Source of the DNA: Podarcis pityusensis
Lineage: Eukaryota
Assembly: GCA_964106645.2 (NCBI GenBank)
Contig: OZ067040.1
DNA length: 64,000 nt
Strand: one strand, 5' to 3'
The position numbers and the translations under genes are program-made. Within the stretch, counting starts at the first letter, position 1. The number at the start of each line of letters is the position of its first letter. Below the pieces are notes generated by a model that saw only the letters and a list, made by a program, of their open reading frames with translations, did not search any database and was not told the origin of the DNA. Below, in pieces: positions 52,065-64,000 of this stretch.

Positions 52065-52676
52065 CAAGGTGTTGAGATGGTGACCATCTCAACACCTTGA
52101 AATAGCAAATGCCACGCAGTACATTTTTGCTTCATTTTCCAATACTGCACAGGAGAGAAACAGCAGGTCTAAGCAACCAATCTAAAACTATCTGCTGTGC
52201 AGTTGTACTTCCTTTTGCCTGTACTGAATTTTCAGATATTAAAATTCACTGTATTTTGAACCAGCTAGAGTTCACATACCCTCTTCCTCTGGCATGGCTG
52301 CAAGGAGATTAGAAACGTTCTCTTTCATTTTAGTTTAGCGTGTCACTTAAATTCTAAGCTGTGGTTAATCTTAACAATGGTCAGCTGAAAACAACCAACT
52401 TCATACACTATGTGTTAAGGGTTTACAATGGGAGTTCTCAAAAAGCCAGCACATTTCTTAGCTCAGGATCTACCTGGTGAGCCTCTAAGTAGGTTAACTG
52501 ACAGATTAAGTCAATACAATTCCCAGTACTGGCTTCAAGCATCAGCACTGTATTTTACTTTTAACACTGGACAGCATTTAATAAGATTTTTTTTCAGCTG
52601 TCAGTAGAATAAACCAGAACCTCTTTATTCACTAGATGTCCAAGTCAAGCAATCAGAAGTCCTATAATCATCTTAC

Positions 52677-52774
52677 TGAGCATGTGTTGCCATCATCTTC
52701 ATCCTTCTCCTCGTAGTAGAAGTAGACAAAGGGGATCCATAAGAACACACAAAATAATATGATGGAATAGAGTG
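52677..52774 (-). CDS. LMBRD1: LMBRD1 exon 4 (98 nt)
   Basis: (T)LYSIILFCVFLWIPFVYFYYEEKDEDDGNTCS; ttctag / gtaaga. Confidence 0.97.
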
Positions 52775-55219
52775 CTAGAAGTGAAAGGATGGAAAAATAA
52801 TCATTCTCCCCAAAAATGATGTTAAAGGAACATGTTAACACACTTCAAACTCTCATTTACTACTACAATATTGGTCTACTGAGGCAATACACTATATATT
52901 ATATTGCAAGTTATATGAAACCCGAAGGACAAAGTACTGAAAGAAAATCTTAGAGCCGATTGCCATCTTTGCGACATCAACAAAATTAAACATCTGCCGT
53001 TTAGCAGGGCTGAGCTTGTTATGTTCAATACAACTATGGTTACTGAAAAAGCTTCCCAACTCAAGTAAGCCTACGAAACTAGCCTTCACAGCTTGAGGTA
53101 TATGCCACATGTGAATGTATGCTTTACATATTATATGTGCTTCATCTCATGTGCTTTATTGTCTATGCTTGGTTGCTAAAACTTCTTTGCTTGTTTTTTT
53201 GGCTGTAGCCTGGTTGACCAATTAAAATTTGCTGATGATTGACAAAAGCATGTGACTGATCTTATCATAGTTTTAATATATATATTGTTGGTGCCTCATT
53301 TGCTTTCCAGGCTCACGTGGGCAAGAGGTAGCAACCCCTGTTCCGAGGAGCTTAGTATGAATTTAAATGGAAAGGTAAAGGGTTGGGAAACAGTGGAAAA
53401 AAGTCAAGAGTAACAAGCAAACACTGACAAACTTGGGTCAATCCCATTTTCAAGTGTTTTATGTCACAATAGCTATGGGCAGGAAGCCTTTATCATTTGT
53501 TCTCAGACCAAAATCATATTTTATATCTTCCCTTACTGTGTCACTATTTTGTACAAAAATTGCCAGAACTAAAAATTCAGGAATGGTAGAAAATAATTCT
53601 TTACTATAACTGTCAGTACTAAACAGAAAGAGCCCTATAACTAGTACTTACTGCCACAGTCCTTTTATGCTATCAGCAAGAAACAAGAATGGTGAATTTA
53701 CTCCAGAAAAGATATGTACAAATCATACAGTCAAAAGGGATCTCTTCCTTACGTTTTCTTATTGAAAAATTGCAAGTTACAAAAACAAGACTTCAGCCCA
53801 ATCTTCGGCAAGTATAAAACTTTGTCACAGTGCGTTTTTTAAAGATAAACATTGGTGAGCAAACAAGAAATCCTAATGTGGTTCATACATGGAAGAAAAC
53901 ATGCTTTTCTCTGCGGTCATTTTGGCTCACCTCTACCAAAATCTCTCCCCAAAATACGCATCGAAATCACATTATCAAAGATCCTTCAGTGACCATGTGA
54001 CTACCAGTGTCATCTTCTATTCTCAAAGCATCCCATCCTTCTACTTTTATTTCCAGGCAAATACATCCATCTTTCAGCAAGAGGAATGACAACATACTTC
54101 CTAATATCCTATCACAGCCTACAGGCTGCAAAATGGCTTGCCAACACTTTCTTGATCTGTTAACACACCCACAGGCAACCTTAGACTAAAACTGAATCAA
54201 GAAAGATCAAACGACTGACCAGTATGCAGTCTTTAATAAAAAGTCCTGCAGACTCATCTAAACATCAAAATGTTTTATTTAAAGATTACAGAGGAAACTG
54301 TCCACAAAAGTGGTCAGGCTACAGTGTCCAAATAAAAAAATTGTGTGATATTCTGGGTATTTTTTTCTACCTTGGGTGGGGGGAGAGAGATTTGCTTTCA
54401 GCTTTATCTATGATAGGAACTATTTGGTTTGATTTACATTTAGTACCATTTATACCTTTGTACATTTTGGTAGCCATTTTGTGAAGTCATGGTTCCGCTC
54501 ATACAGAATGCCTGGGCACCTGGTGCCTACCTCATTAATCTGACACATTTAGAATTGCTTTCTATTTATACTTAAATCATTAGCTCCATCTGGAGGTTGG
54601 TCTGTGCAACAGCATCAAGCCTACAGACTACAAAATATTTCCCTCAAGATGGGGACACTTAACTTTATTATCTAAAATAAAAGTGTGTGTGATAATGCTT
54701 CTAGAGTAGGAAATATACGGCTTTCTTGAAGCAGCTTCAAGTACTCACTAGAAACTTAGTTTTATTTCCCTTACTTGTATTCCATTATTTCAATAGCTTA
54801 AAAGCCTCAAGAGTCAGCACTTTAGAGTCTCAAATGAATAGGCTTTCCACAAGAGTTTCACATTACCAGTGACTAAAGGTGGCTGAGTACTTTACATTTT
54901 TAGCCTATTAGCTTTATGCTAGATACATTAAGTATTACACTGGAAAATTAGGAAGGCTTCTCCTACTAATCCACAGGTCACGCTTCTGTCTGGAGACATG
55001 CAACACATTATCTGTACAGCTATGGCTCTGACAGATCATGCAGCACACACAAGCCATTTCCCAGGTATACAAGCTTCAGCAGTGAAAATATTTTCAAGTT
55101 TAGAGAAAACAGCTTTGTTAAGAATGGCAAAAGACTACGGTTCTGAATTTATCCTGCTAGGAGGGGGAATCTAGAATGGAAAAAAGATTACCTCTGTTGG
55201 GGAAATCAATCGATCGATC

Positions 55220-55395
55220 AATTGATTGATTATATTAGACTTGCATACCACCCTTCATCATAAGATCTCAGGGTGGTTTACAAGATAAAAATACAAGGTA
55301 AAAGCATAAATAAACAGTTAAAACAAAAACAACAACACAGTAAGAAGGGAAGCCTCTTAACTTCCATCTGAAGAATGTTATGGTTAACCTTATTG
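55220..55395 (-). mobile_element. L2-like 3' end
   Basis: Reverse: TGTAAACCACCCTGAGATCTTATGATGAAGGGTGGTATGC plus (AATC)n tail. Confidence 0.6.
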
Positions 55396-56051
55396 CATCA
55401 TTTACTCCTGTAAGTAAAAAACTGTTGTGCCATGTTATGCTTAAGCTGAAAGGTGAATAGAATTTAGGTAAGACATCCTTTTCCAACAATAACCAGCTAC
55501 TGACATGTAATGAATTCATAGTACAGCAGAATAATATTTTTTCTTCATGTTCAGGAAGGGAACCACAGTTCTTTCATCATGCTCCCATAAAGAAACCCTA
55601 TCAAAGTCACATTATGCAAACTGGAACATGTCTTTCGTTGAAGAATTCTCCCCTTACTGTGGGATGTCATTTCCTTAACTAGAAAGGGGTATTTTTAATA
55701 AATTCTTCTCCTAGCAGGGGACCAAAATGCAGACATCTGCAAAGCGAGGCCAAGATTAAATCAAGGATGCTGATATCCAGAAGCAACTCTACTAAACTAT
55801 TTGGCAGCATATGAGCAAGCATCCTGCTGAGCACATGTTAGAATGAAATAACAATGTTTGAAAATATTTTTCTACATTCTATAATTTAACATGCCATCAG
55901 CTTTTTCTGAACTTTAGTAAAAGTAACACAAAATAATATCTCATTGCAAGCTACTACTTGGGAGGTTAATATGCCATTTCAGAAATTTTAACCAAATGAC
56001 GTTAAGACTGCTATCTAAGGAAAGAGATAATTTGAATACTGCACATCAGAG

Positions 56052-56183
56052 ACAGTTGATGTGGTGTCCTCCATATTAATGGACTACAAGTTCCATCACC
56101 CCTGACCACTGGCTATGCTGGCTTGGATTGCTGGGAGCCGGGAGCCCAACAACATCTAGAGAGCACCACTATGGCAACCTCTG
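56052..56183. mobile_element. Palindromic hAT-type MITE copy
   Basis: GGACTACAAGTTCCATCACCCCTGACCACTGG...CAACAACATCTAGA. Confidence 0.65.
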
Positions 56184-57602
56184 ATGTAACTTTTCTGCCT
56201 TTCCTAAATAATACCATATGGCAGCCCAATGCACTACAATTCTGAAACTAAGAGGAGAGAGAAGACACGAGTGGCAGAATGTTATGTATAAAGAATCAAG
56301 TTCAATATCTGTCATTTTCAGCTAAAGATCTCAGGAAGCAAGGCCTCTCAAGATCTTTTAATGAGATACTGGAAGTCTTGAAGAAAGTCAGTGTTTAACG
56401 TTCTAAATTTTATGAATAATTGATCTGATTAAGGGACCAATCAGAACTCCCAATGCATGTTTCTAGAAGCGGGTTAGGAGGCCAACAGAAATACATACAT
56501 ACATAATTTTATTTGTATGCTGCATTTCCATAGTTAAAACCATATTCAAGGTTGCCTACAACACGGGGGAAAGAACCCTTAATTACAAACATAACAAAAT
56601 CTGACATAAACAAAACACGTAGTATCAAACAGTACACAACTAAATAAATCATAATAAGATCTAAAATTAATATACAAAAAATTAATATCAATAACAGCAA
56701 CACCCCCCCACCGCCAAAAAAACCCCACACCCATAAACAATACCCCAACCCTGTCCACAGGCCTCCACAGGGGCTCGGCTGCCACAGAGGAAACAAGGAA
56801 ACAAGGTGTTTCAGGGAGTATGGTAGCGTTGGTTCAGTCAAGGATCTGCTGGATCCTAGGCCATTAAAGTTCCAATAAAGGAGTTCAACATGGGCTCTTC
56901 TGCTACACCAGATGGATCAGGAGAAAACAAGAACGAACTGCCTCCCTTCTGCCCTGGCCAGAATTAAGTTTCGGATGGAGTGATTGGCCATATGCAAAGC
57001 AATCCTATTACATCCTCTGTTGATGTTATGTTCCTCTGAACCTATTCAAAGCCTTTAGTATAGCACTGATCTGCACTATCATTGTATAATTTTGTACCAA
57101 ATACAACTTGCCACATTTCAGTCATTGCTTTTCTTCTGAATTTGTGCACTGAGCAGAGCATGCTATCACTGCTACACCAATATGAATGGAACTGTTTCAT
57201 TAGAATAGTTTCTTTATTAACTATGCTGGATCCACGGATCTCACTTTTATAGTACAGGGAGACAACTTCCTGTGATTTCACTTGTAGCATCTGAAATCTG
57301 TTGATACCTCCAGAATGGTAGGAGAGGTGACACAGAAAGCTGGAGAGGTAAGGGGCAAAATCACTGCAAATTGTTTCTCCTATTCCAAGAGTGGAAGCCT
57401 CTAGGGATCACAGCCCCTTTGGCTAATAGAAGACCTTTAGAGAACAAAAGCACTCCTGTTCACAAGATAGCCAGAAAAAAATAATGTGAAGTAGCAGAAC
57501 ATAGCAAGAACCACAATTTAAAATTAAAAACTAGTATACACATGAAATACACCACAAAACTACATGATCGGAACATAAAGAGTGTTATTTTATAATACTT
57601 AC

Positions 57603-57663
57603 TGTAATATGCATATAATACTGTGTCTTCAATTTGCCTTGTAACATTTGGATCTGCCCAAGC
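57603..57663 (-). CDS. LMBRD1: LMBRD1 exon 3 (61 nt)
   Basis: AWADPNVTRQIEDTVLYAYY; ttccag / gtaagt. Confidence 0.97.
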
Positions 57664-58109
57664 CTGGAAATGTTGATGGAGGAAGAAAAACAACAATATT
57701 ACATTAAATAGCAATTTGTGTAAGCTGTATACAATAACTACTTTCAAATATCAACTTCTGCTGCTTCGCATACATGTAGATGGGCGACTGAACTTGAAAG
57801 AATCACCTCAACAAATGAAATTAAGACCCTTCATTCTACTTTCCCTCTCCTCTGAAGAGTGGCGCTACAGAGACGACAGCTGAACTTGGTGTATCTTACT
57901 GAAGAAGAACCATTCAGTACAAACAGATTACTTTTCAGCCATAGTAGTTGTGATCTTCCACACCCAAAGCAATTAAATAACTTATTACTAAATATCTTTA
58001 TTTCCTTTTAAGGCTCAGTCAGACACCCATAGACATTTACAATGTAAAGCAATATGGCTTGCAGTTCCCAGATAAGTTCCCACATAATGCATGCATAAAT
58101 ATATTTATA

Positions 58110-58406
58110 CAGTGGTGCCCCGCAAGACGAATGCCTCGCAAGACGAAAAACTCACTAGATGAAAGAGTTTTCCGGTTTTTGAGTCATTCCGCAAGACGAA
58201 TTTCCCTATGGGCTTGCTTCGCAAGACGAAACGTCTTGCGAGTTCTTGCGAGTTTGTTTCCTTTTTCTTAAAGCCGCTAAGCCGTTAATAGCTGCTAAGC
58301 CGCTAATAGCCGCTAAGCCACTAATAGCCGTGCTTCGCAAGACGAAAAAACCGCAAGACGAAGAGACTCGCGGAATGGATTAATTTCGTCTTGCGAGGCA
58401 CCACTG
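58110..58406. mobile_element. Tigger/pogo-like MITE, 297 bp
   Basis: 22-bp TIR CAGTGGTGCC(C/T)CGCAAGACGAA, TA TSD. Confidence 0.93.
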
Positions 58407-61124
58407 TACGTAGTTGCTGATCTCTTCAACTTTCTGCTGACCTCTTCAACTTTCAAATAATCTATCTCGTAATGAATCAAATGTTGCTACATTAGCAAGA
58501 ACTCAATGAAATTCCATTTCTAAAGCAGTCACTGTTATGACCCGAGGAGGGGTGAGTAAGTCTAACAGCAACAAAAAATCACTCTAACCACTAGAACCCT
58601 ATTTATCTAAAACCTTGCACTGGAGTCATTCCAGGGAAGTAATAATCTTATCTGAAATGATAAAAATAGACCAAAAAACCCCCACAACCGTATCTATTAA
58701 TTTACACTGGTTTGCCCTCATTCCTCTCATCCAGTTGACAGGGATGTGGTCTATCCCCCAAACTAGGCTGGGTGGAGCTGATGAAAGCTGTAGCTCACAA
58801 CAACATCACATTGACTATCCCCCTGCCCCAAATGTTCATCTCAACAATGGCTGTCAAATCTGTTAAGGCCAGAGCAGCACATGTGCAGCACACATCCAGC
58901 TACTAATAGAGGGAGAATGATTTTGAATACTGCACATTATTACCCTTCCAAGCTCCAGTACTGCCCGAAAAAACCAGGGTCCACAAACAGAAGCTTGGCT
59001 GGCAGTCTGCCTCCATCTGTCCTCACTACCAACCCAGTCAAACCAAATCCACTAACATGTGCAGAGACAAGGATTCTCTCATTTGCACACCACTATGGAG
59101 AAGGATAGAAAAAGCAGGACTCTGGCAGAAATGGCTTACATGTCCAAACTGCTGAACAAATGAGAGAAGACTTCATCTCTTCTTCTGGCAAGCATAGAGA
59201 AGCAGAGCATGCTTCTCTTGCACAGGGGTATGGAAAGATTCCTGTGGCTTATCTTATCTTATCCAAACCACTGGTCAGAAATCCTCACCTTTCTGCCATG
59301 CCTTTTGGATTTGAGGAAGAACTCTTCTCAAAAATTTGGAGAATGATAAAACAGCAGAAATTTCCCTATTTCTTTCCTTCTCTGAACACCCATGCAAAAG
59401 ACACAAGACTACCTTTCTTCCAAGCTCTGAAATAAGCACAGACTTTTCTCTCAACTGTCTTGCAGTTTGGAAAAAGGTGCAGGGACAGGACCCGCCGGTC
59501 ACATTCCAGCTGTGTCATCCCTTCTCCAAATTGCAGTTGCAGAGGCTGTCAGAGGCTGCTTGCAAACGTCCATGGGCACTTGCCCCTGATGACTTTTAAC
59601 TGTGGATGCCTGCCAAAAGTGTTTAAGTAGATCACTTGCTCAGAAGAATGTGGACAGGTATGCTTAATTTGAGCTCTTTCTGAATAAACAAAATACTTAA
59701 AACACGCACGTCTACTTTCCACCTCCATTCCACAGTCTGTAAGGCATAAGACACTGGAGAATCCTGGTTTCAACATCTCACTTGGTGCCTGAAAAAGCCA
59801 TACCCAACATTACTAGATACAGCACTATGGCTGTTAAGTAAACAAAATGTGTACTTAATGTGGCACTGGGAGGCAACATTCTACTTTTAATTTGTACCCT
59901 TTATTCAGAGCCTCTTTGCACCCTTTATTCAGAGTCACTTCATATCTTTACATCAAGTTTACAAGGCCCTGTTTCCAATGAAATGAGGGTTCTGAAAGTA
60001 ACCTTGACAAACACAGCATTTGACACAGGAGTGACCATACAGGTTTCTGTTGATTCAGCCAGAGAGACTGCTATAGCTAATGGGGGGGGGGGATGCTAGT
60101 GTTAGAAGCAGAACTGCTCAGGAGTTAGAAAAGAACTGTTGTGTACTATGTTAGGGAAGAAGGGATGTGTTTATTCCACTATGTACCTTCTACTACCTCC
60201 AAGTGCAAAGTGAAGCCACACTAAGAACATGGCACAACAAAAATTTCTCCATAACAGAAAGAAGCAGGACACAGTATTTTCCTTAGGGAAAAGACACCTG
60301 TCATTCTCCATCATCACTCCAACATGAGCTTCCACTACTACAGCAGGTATGTTAATCAAACTTCTTCTTTTTTTAAAGTAACATATTGAGTAGTTTATTC
60401 CCTTTTAGAGAAGGGGGATTACTTCTGGGGGGTGATTTTAATAGGATTCACATTAAAAAGCTAGACTGAATGTGCTTACAGGAATGGAAGAAATAAGATG
60501 ACCTAGGAGAATGGAAGGGACTATTGCAACAGTTTAAACTTAACAGATGGGAACTGGAATTTATATCCTTTCCCGCACAATCCATTCTTACTCCAGGCTG
60601 GATAACACTTTAAGAGACCCATTGCTTTTCCATAATGCAACTGTGGCTATAATTGAACCACAGAAAAATTCAAATTACAACTTGCCCTTAAAAGATTTGA
60701 GGTGGGCATCCATGCAGGACAAATATGTAAATATGTGTATATCTATATCTGTGTTGGGCCGCTAGTCTTTCAAAGATGTATTTCAGGTGCTATGGCTATA
60801 GGCACAGAGACTGAATGCAGAAGTTTTGTAACAACCCAAAGACATTTTTCCCCCCTTACTGCAATTTTTAACACAATCTAGAATTTAGTATGTTAAAGGC
60901 ATCAGAATTTAGCATCTTAAGTTTCAGATGCTTCTAAAATTCATAAAGGGGGGAAATGAGTTTATAATAATTGTACATACAGCACAGCAACTGAAGTCCC
61001 AGAGTGGGCTAGATCACAAATAATCCGATGATGACTTTCCATGTCATATGCACCTCCTTAATCCTTTCTCAAGACAAATTCCCTTCCTTCTACCCTTACC
61101 TATCCAAAAATTCATATTTCCAAT

Positions 61125-61223
61125 CATCTAAAGGCAACTCTGTTTACGGAAGTTTTTAATGTTTGATGCTTTATCATGTTTTCAATATTCTGTTGGGAGC
61201 TGCCCAGAATGGCTGGGGTATAA

Positions 61224-61256
<33 letters not shown>
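61125..61256 (+). mobile_element. L2 LINE 3' end, same family as 4831-5095
   Basis: CATCTAAAGGCA...GGAAGTTTTTAAT...GCCCAGAATGGCTGGGG plus (TAT)n aligns with the 4.9-kb copy. Confidence 0.85.
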
Positions 61257-62426
61257 GGAAGAAACATGGATCTTGGAATTCACATTAGGAAAAATAAGCC
61301 ACTACACAACTTAACTTGCAAGGAGTGTAATTCATATAGCCCAGGTTATAACCTGGAAGATGTATGTATCTTAGATAAAAATATATCCTGTCACAGTGAA
61401 TAGGTACAAATGAGCAACACATGCAGTAATACTCCAACAATGGACAAACCATGCCAATTTAAGATTAGTCATATGTGATATGCAAGTTATCGTCACTTCA
61501 ATAAGTTATTTCTGCCTTTTTAACAAGCAGTACCATTTCTATTTATTAATTTATGGTTTTAATATATACATATGGAAAACAAACACACACAAAAAGAAAT
61601 AAGTTTATATAACCCACTGCCTTTAAAAACAAATTCAGAACATTACTGCCATTAATCCTGTTTTTAACCAAACTCAGGTAATAAAACATACAAAATTCCA
61701 ATGCTGAATCAGTGCCAAACACTAACTGATCCTTCTGCTTCAGCTCTCCTAACATGCATTACTTGTATGTACAAGGCTGGAAAGAGAAGCAATTGTTTTT
61801 ACATTCAGTGACACTGCACATTTTGTAATACAGCTGCCCTCTTCCTGTTGAAAATGTAGTTTTATGATATTTGACATGTGGGCCTGGTTCAGAGATAACA
61901 TTGCACAATCTGCTGATTATGGTTAGGAGGCTGAAAGCTCATGCCTTGTTTATCCCTCAGCTCAAGTTTGTACGTAACTCCTTCCCCACCCTTTCGTGTT
62001 AGAACTAACTATAGTGCACTGTTGTGTCTGCGCCAGCGTTAAAATAATTACCAATAGTTAAATCAAACAGCTTCCTGGTTTCAATATTTAAGAAGCTAAC
62101 AAACATTAGTGTAGCTATTGGCATGCCAATGCAGACATAACACTGCACAAGGTAATGTTCAAAAGGGAAGGGAAGAGTAAACAGTGTGCAAGCTCAAAGG
62201 AGATGGAGTAGTCACACTTGATAGAATGCCTGATCTTCTAGCCATACGTTACGAGACTGAATAATAATTAGAAGATACAATATTGCCCAATCAACAGACC
62301 AATCCTGTTCATTTGTCTTTGTTGTTGGTCTCATTTTTCATGGGGCTTATCCCCTACTAAGTGTGTTTATCATTGCAGCCCACTTGAATATATTTTAAGT
62401 AGCTGGAAGGGGTAATCAATACATAC

Positions 62427-62603
62427 CTTGAATGTCCCATTTTGGTTTTTCACATAAGAAACCAGAAAAATGTCAACTGGCAGAAGTGCTGATGTAATAA
62501 GTGCTATTGCAAGAGCAAAAATAGCTGTTATAGTAGAGATTACTTCACTTTCACGTCTGCTCTGGTACTTGCGGACATAAACCCAGCAGAATATCAGGAT
62601 AAC
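62427..62603 (-). CDS. LMBRD1: LMBRD1 exon 2 (177 nt)
   Basis: VILIFCWVYVRKYQSRRESEVISTITAIFALAIALITSALLPVDIFLVSYVKNQNGTFK; ttttag acceptor, gtatgt donor. Confidence 0.97.
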
Positions 62604-63156
62604 CTAAAAATAATAATACAGAAGTTACTACAACCCAGTAAAAGAATCATATTCTTGCCATAATCCTATTTCTCAATACAAAAACAAAATCCATGCAAAG
62701 GTATGTACTCTCTATGGACAGATTTTTAATTGTGTTTCTTTTGAGATTTTCCCTTTCACCAGGTCAGCATTTCATCCCCCCAACAAGATGCAGCAGTGGG
62801 TTAGAAAATTACAAAGCCATTATTTTTAAGTGCAGATTCAACACTTGTAAGGCTTCTATTTTAAGCAGCTTCATATCTTATCTGAATGTTAATGTAATGA
62901 GTCAGTTCTTACAACTGGTAACTGAATACCTCAGGACTCTATTTTACCTTGTAACAGCAAGTTTCCCATTTGTTACCAGGATTGTTACCAATAAGGTAAC
63001 ACACATAAGGCTACCCTGAACTCCTAAAACATTTGTAAATTTATTAACAGATTGGTAAACTTTCAGCCAAATTGAAACCAACATGATCTTAATCTAGTTC
63101 AGGGTGACTTATGTAGGGTTATCCCATTGTTTACAAATCTATGATGTAACAATGAT

Positions 63157-63242
63157 TGGTTGCCCAAGGTTAGCTAAGGGCAGCGAGTCAAGTCTCACTT
63201 GTCTAAATCGAATATCCTATCCATTACACCAGACTGGCTCTC
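63157..63242 (-). mobile_element. Degraded Squam3/MIR-like SINE head
   Basis: Reverse GAGAGCCAGTCTGGTGTAATGGATAG...AACCTTGGGCAACC. Confidence 0.55.
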
Positions 63243-64000
63243 CCACTTGCTCTTTTGGACTGTCCAGAGTTCTACTTATTTGGGTCATAGGAAGCTTTAT
63301 GACTGCAGGAAATGCATTTTTTAAGGGGGTACTCAAAGGTACACAGTACCAACATCTCTTTTCTGTTGTTAAAAAGTGTGGCACTTACTGTAACAACTTC
63401 ATGGTGAGTACTGACACCTATTTTTCGGGGCGGGGGGGAGCACTTACTGCAGGTCCTCTGTCACAGTCATAAAACAAAACTGTGAGATCCCAGACACCCC
63501 AAACAAAGCCTGACCCATGCATGTGTGGTTGCCCATTCTGTCCACTAAATCTAGACTCCCCAAATCTGCTACTACCATCTACAGTGCTTCCTACTTCTCT
63601 CTCAGATACACACACAGACCTCTTCACATTCACACAGGGATTGTGCATGCGTAGCCCAGTTTTTTAAGGCACCTGTTGTTCAAACATACATTTGCAGAAA
63701 TGTAATGTTCTATGTAGATGCTTGCCACACCGAAATGGTTAATGTAATCCTAGTATGTCCTCTCAATATTCACTGAAGATCTGTAGAGAGGTTTGGCAAT
63801 AAAAAGCCATGTAATGCATGCTGAAGGGCAGAGTGGGCATCTTAGACTGTATTAGCAATGGAAATTATTGAGCCATGGGGTGCTATTTAGTTTGGACATC
63901 TGCATATGCGATATACACAAGCCTTAAGCAGGTACAAAAAGTTCGTTCATCAGTTCCACACTCCCTCATTGCAAGCCAAGGTAGGGATTATTTATTTCAT

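Larger units (their letters stand above)
20733..62603 (-). other. LMBRD1: LMBRD1 gene span, coding exons 2-16 (5'-incomplete)
   Basis: 15 GT-AG exons of 177,61,98,68,89,74,126,153,65,103,105,150,79,92,120 nt join in frame with no internal stop. The product is collinear with human LMBD1 from residue ~24 to the C-terminus (recalled sequence). Confidence 0.98.

Noticed and set aside
57845-57880. CTGAAGA...GACAGC as a third hammerhead
   Set aside because: The GAAA core is absent, there is no convincing stem I or II, and no pLTR context.
58121-58395. Repeated CGCAAGACGAA resembling a CRISPR-like array
   Set aside because: The repeats are only 11 bp, irregularly spaced, in both orientations, and enclosed by TIRs and a TA duplication. 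This is a eukaryotic MITE.
62604-64000. LMBRD1 exon 1 or promoter
   Set aside because: No sequence encoding the N-terminal ~23 residues and no CpG island; they must lie outside the window.

Overview
Vertebrate nuclear DNA, almost certainly from a lacertid-type lizard, judged from Sauria/Squam SINEs and squamate-type L2, CR1 and Penelope repeats. The one host gene is LMBRD1 (lysosomal cobalamin export partner LMBD1) on the minus strand. Coding exons 2-16 lie between 62603 and 20733, all with GT-AG boundaries, and splice in frame to 1560 nt (519 aa plus TGA). Exon 1 and the promoter lie beyond the right edge. Positions 1 to ~19600 are gene-free downstream DNA with old repeats and a few enhancer-like blocks. 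The introns hold many TA-flanked Tc1/mariner-pogo MITEs, hAT MITEs, SINEs and LINE remnants. Most notable observations: a 130-bp Penelope-like insertion with a 12-bp target duplication carrying a minimal hammerhead ribozyme core; a near-perfect 47-bp palindrome; the same 22-nt hairpin deletion in two L2 tails; and loss of the Met that is thought to start the short NESI isoform in human. Nearly all supplied ORFs are spurious. I found no convincing wholly new multi-gene system.
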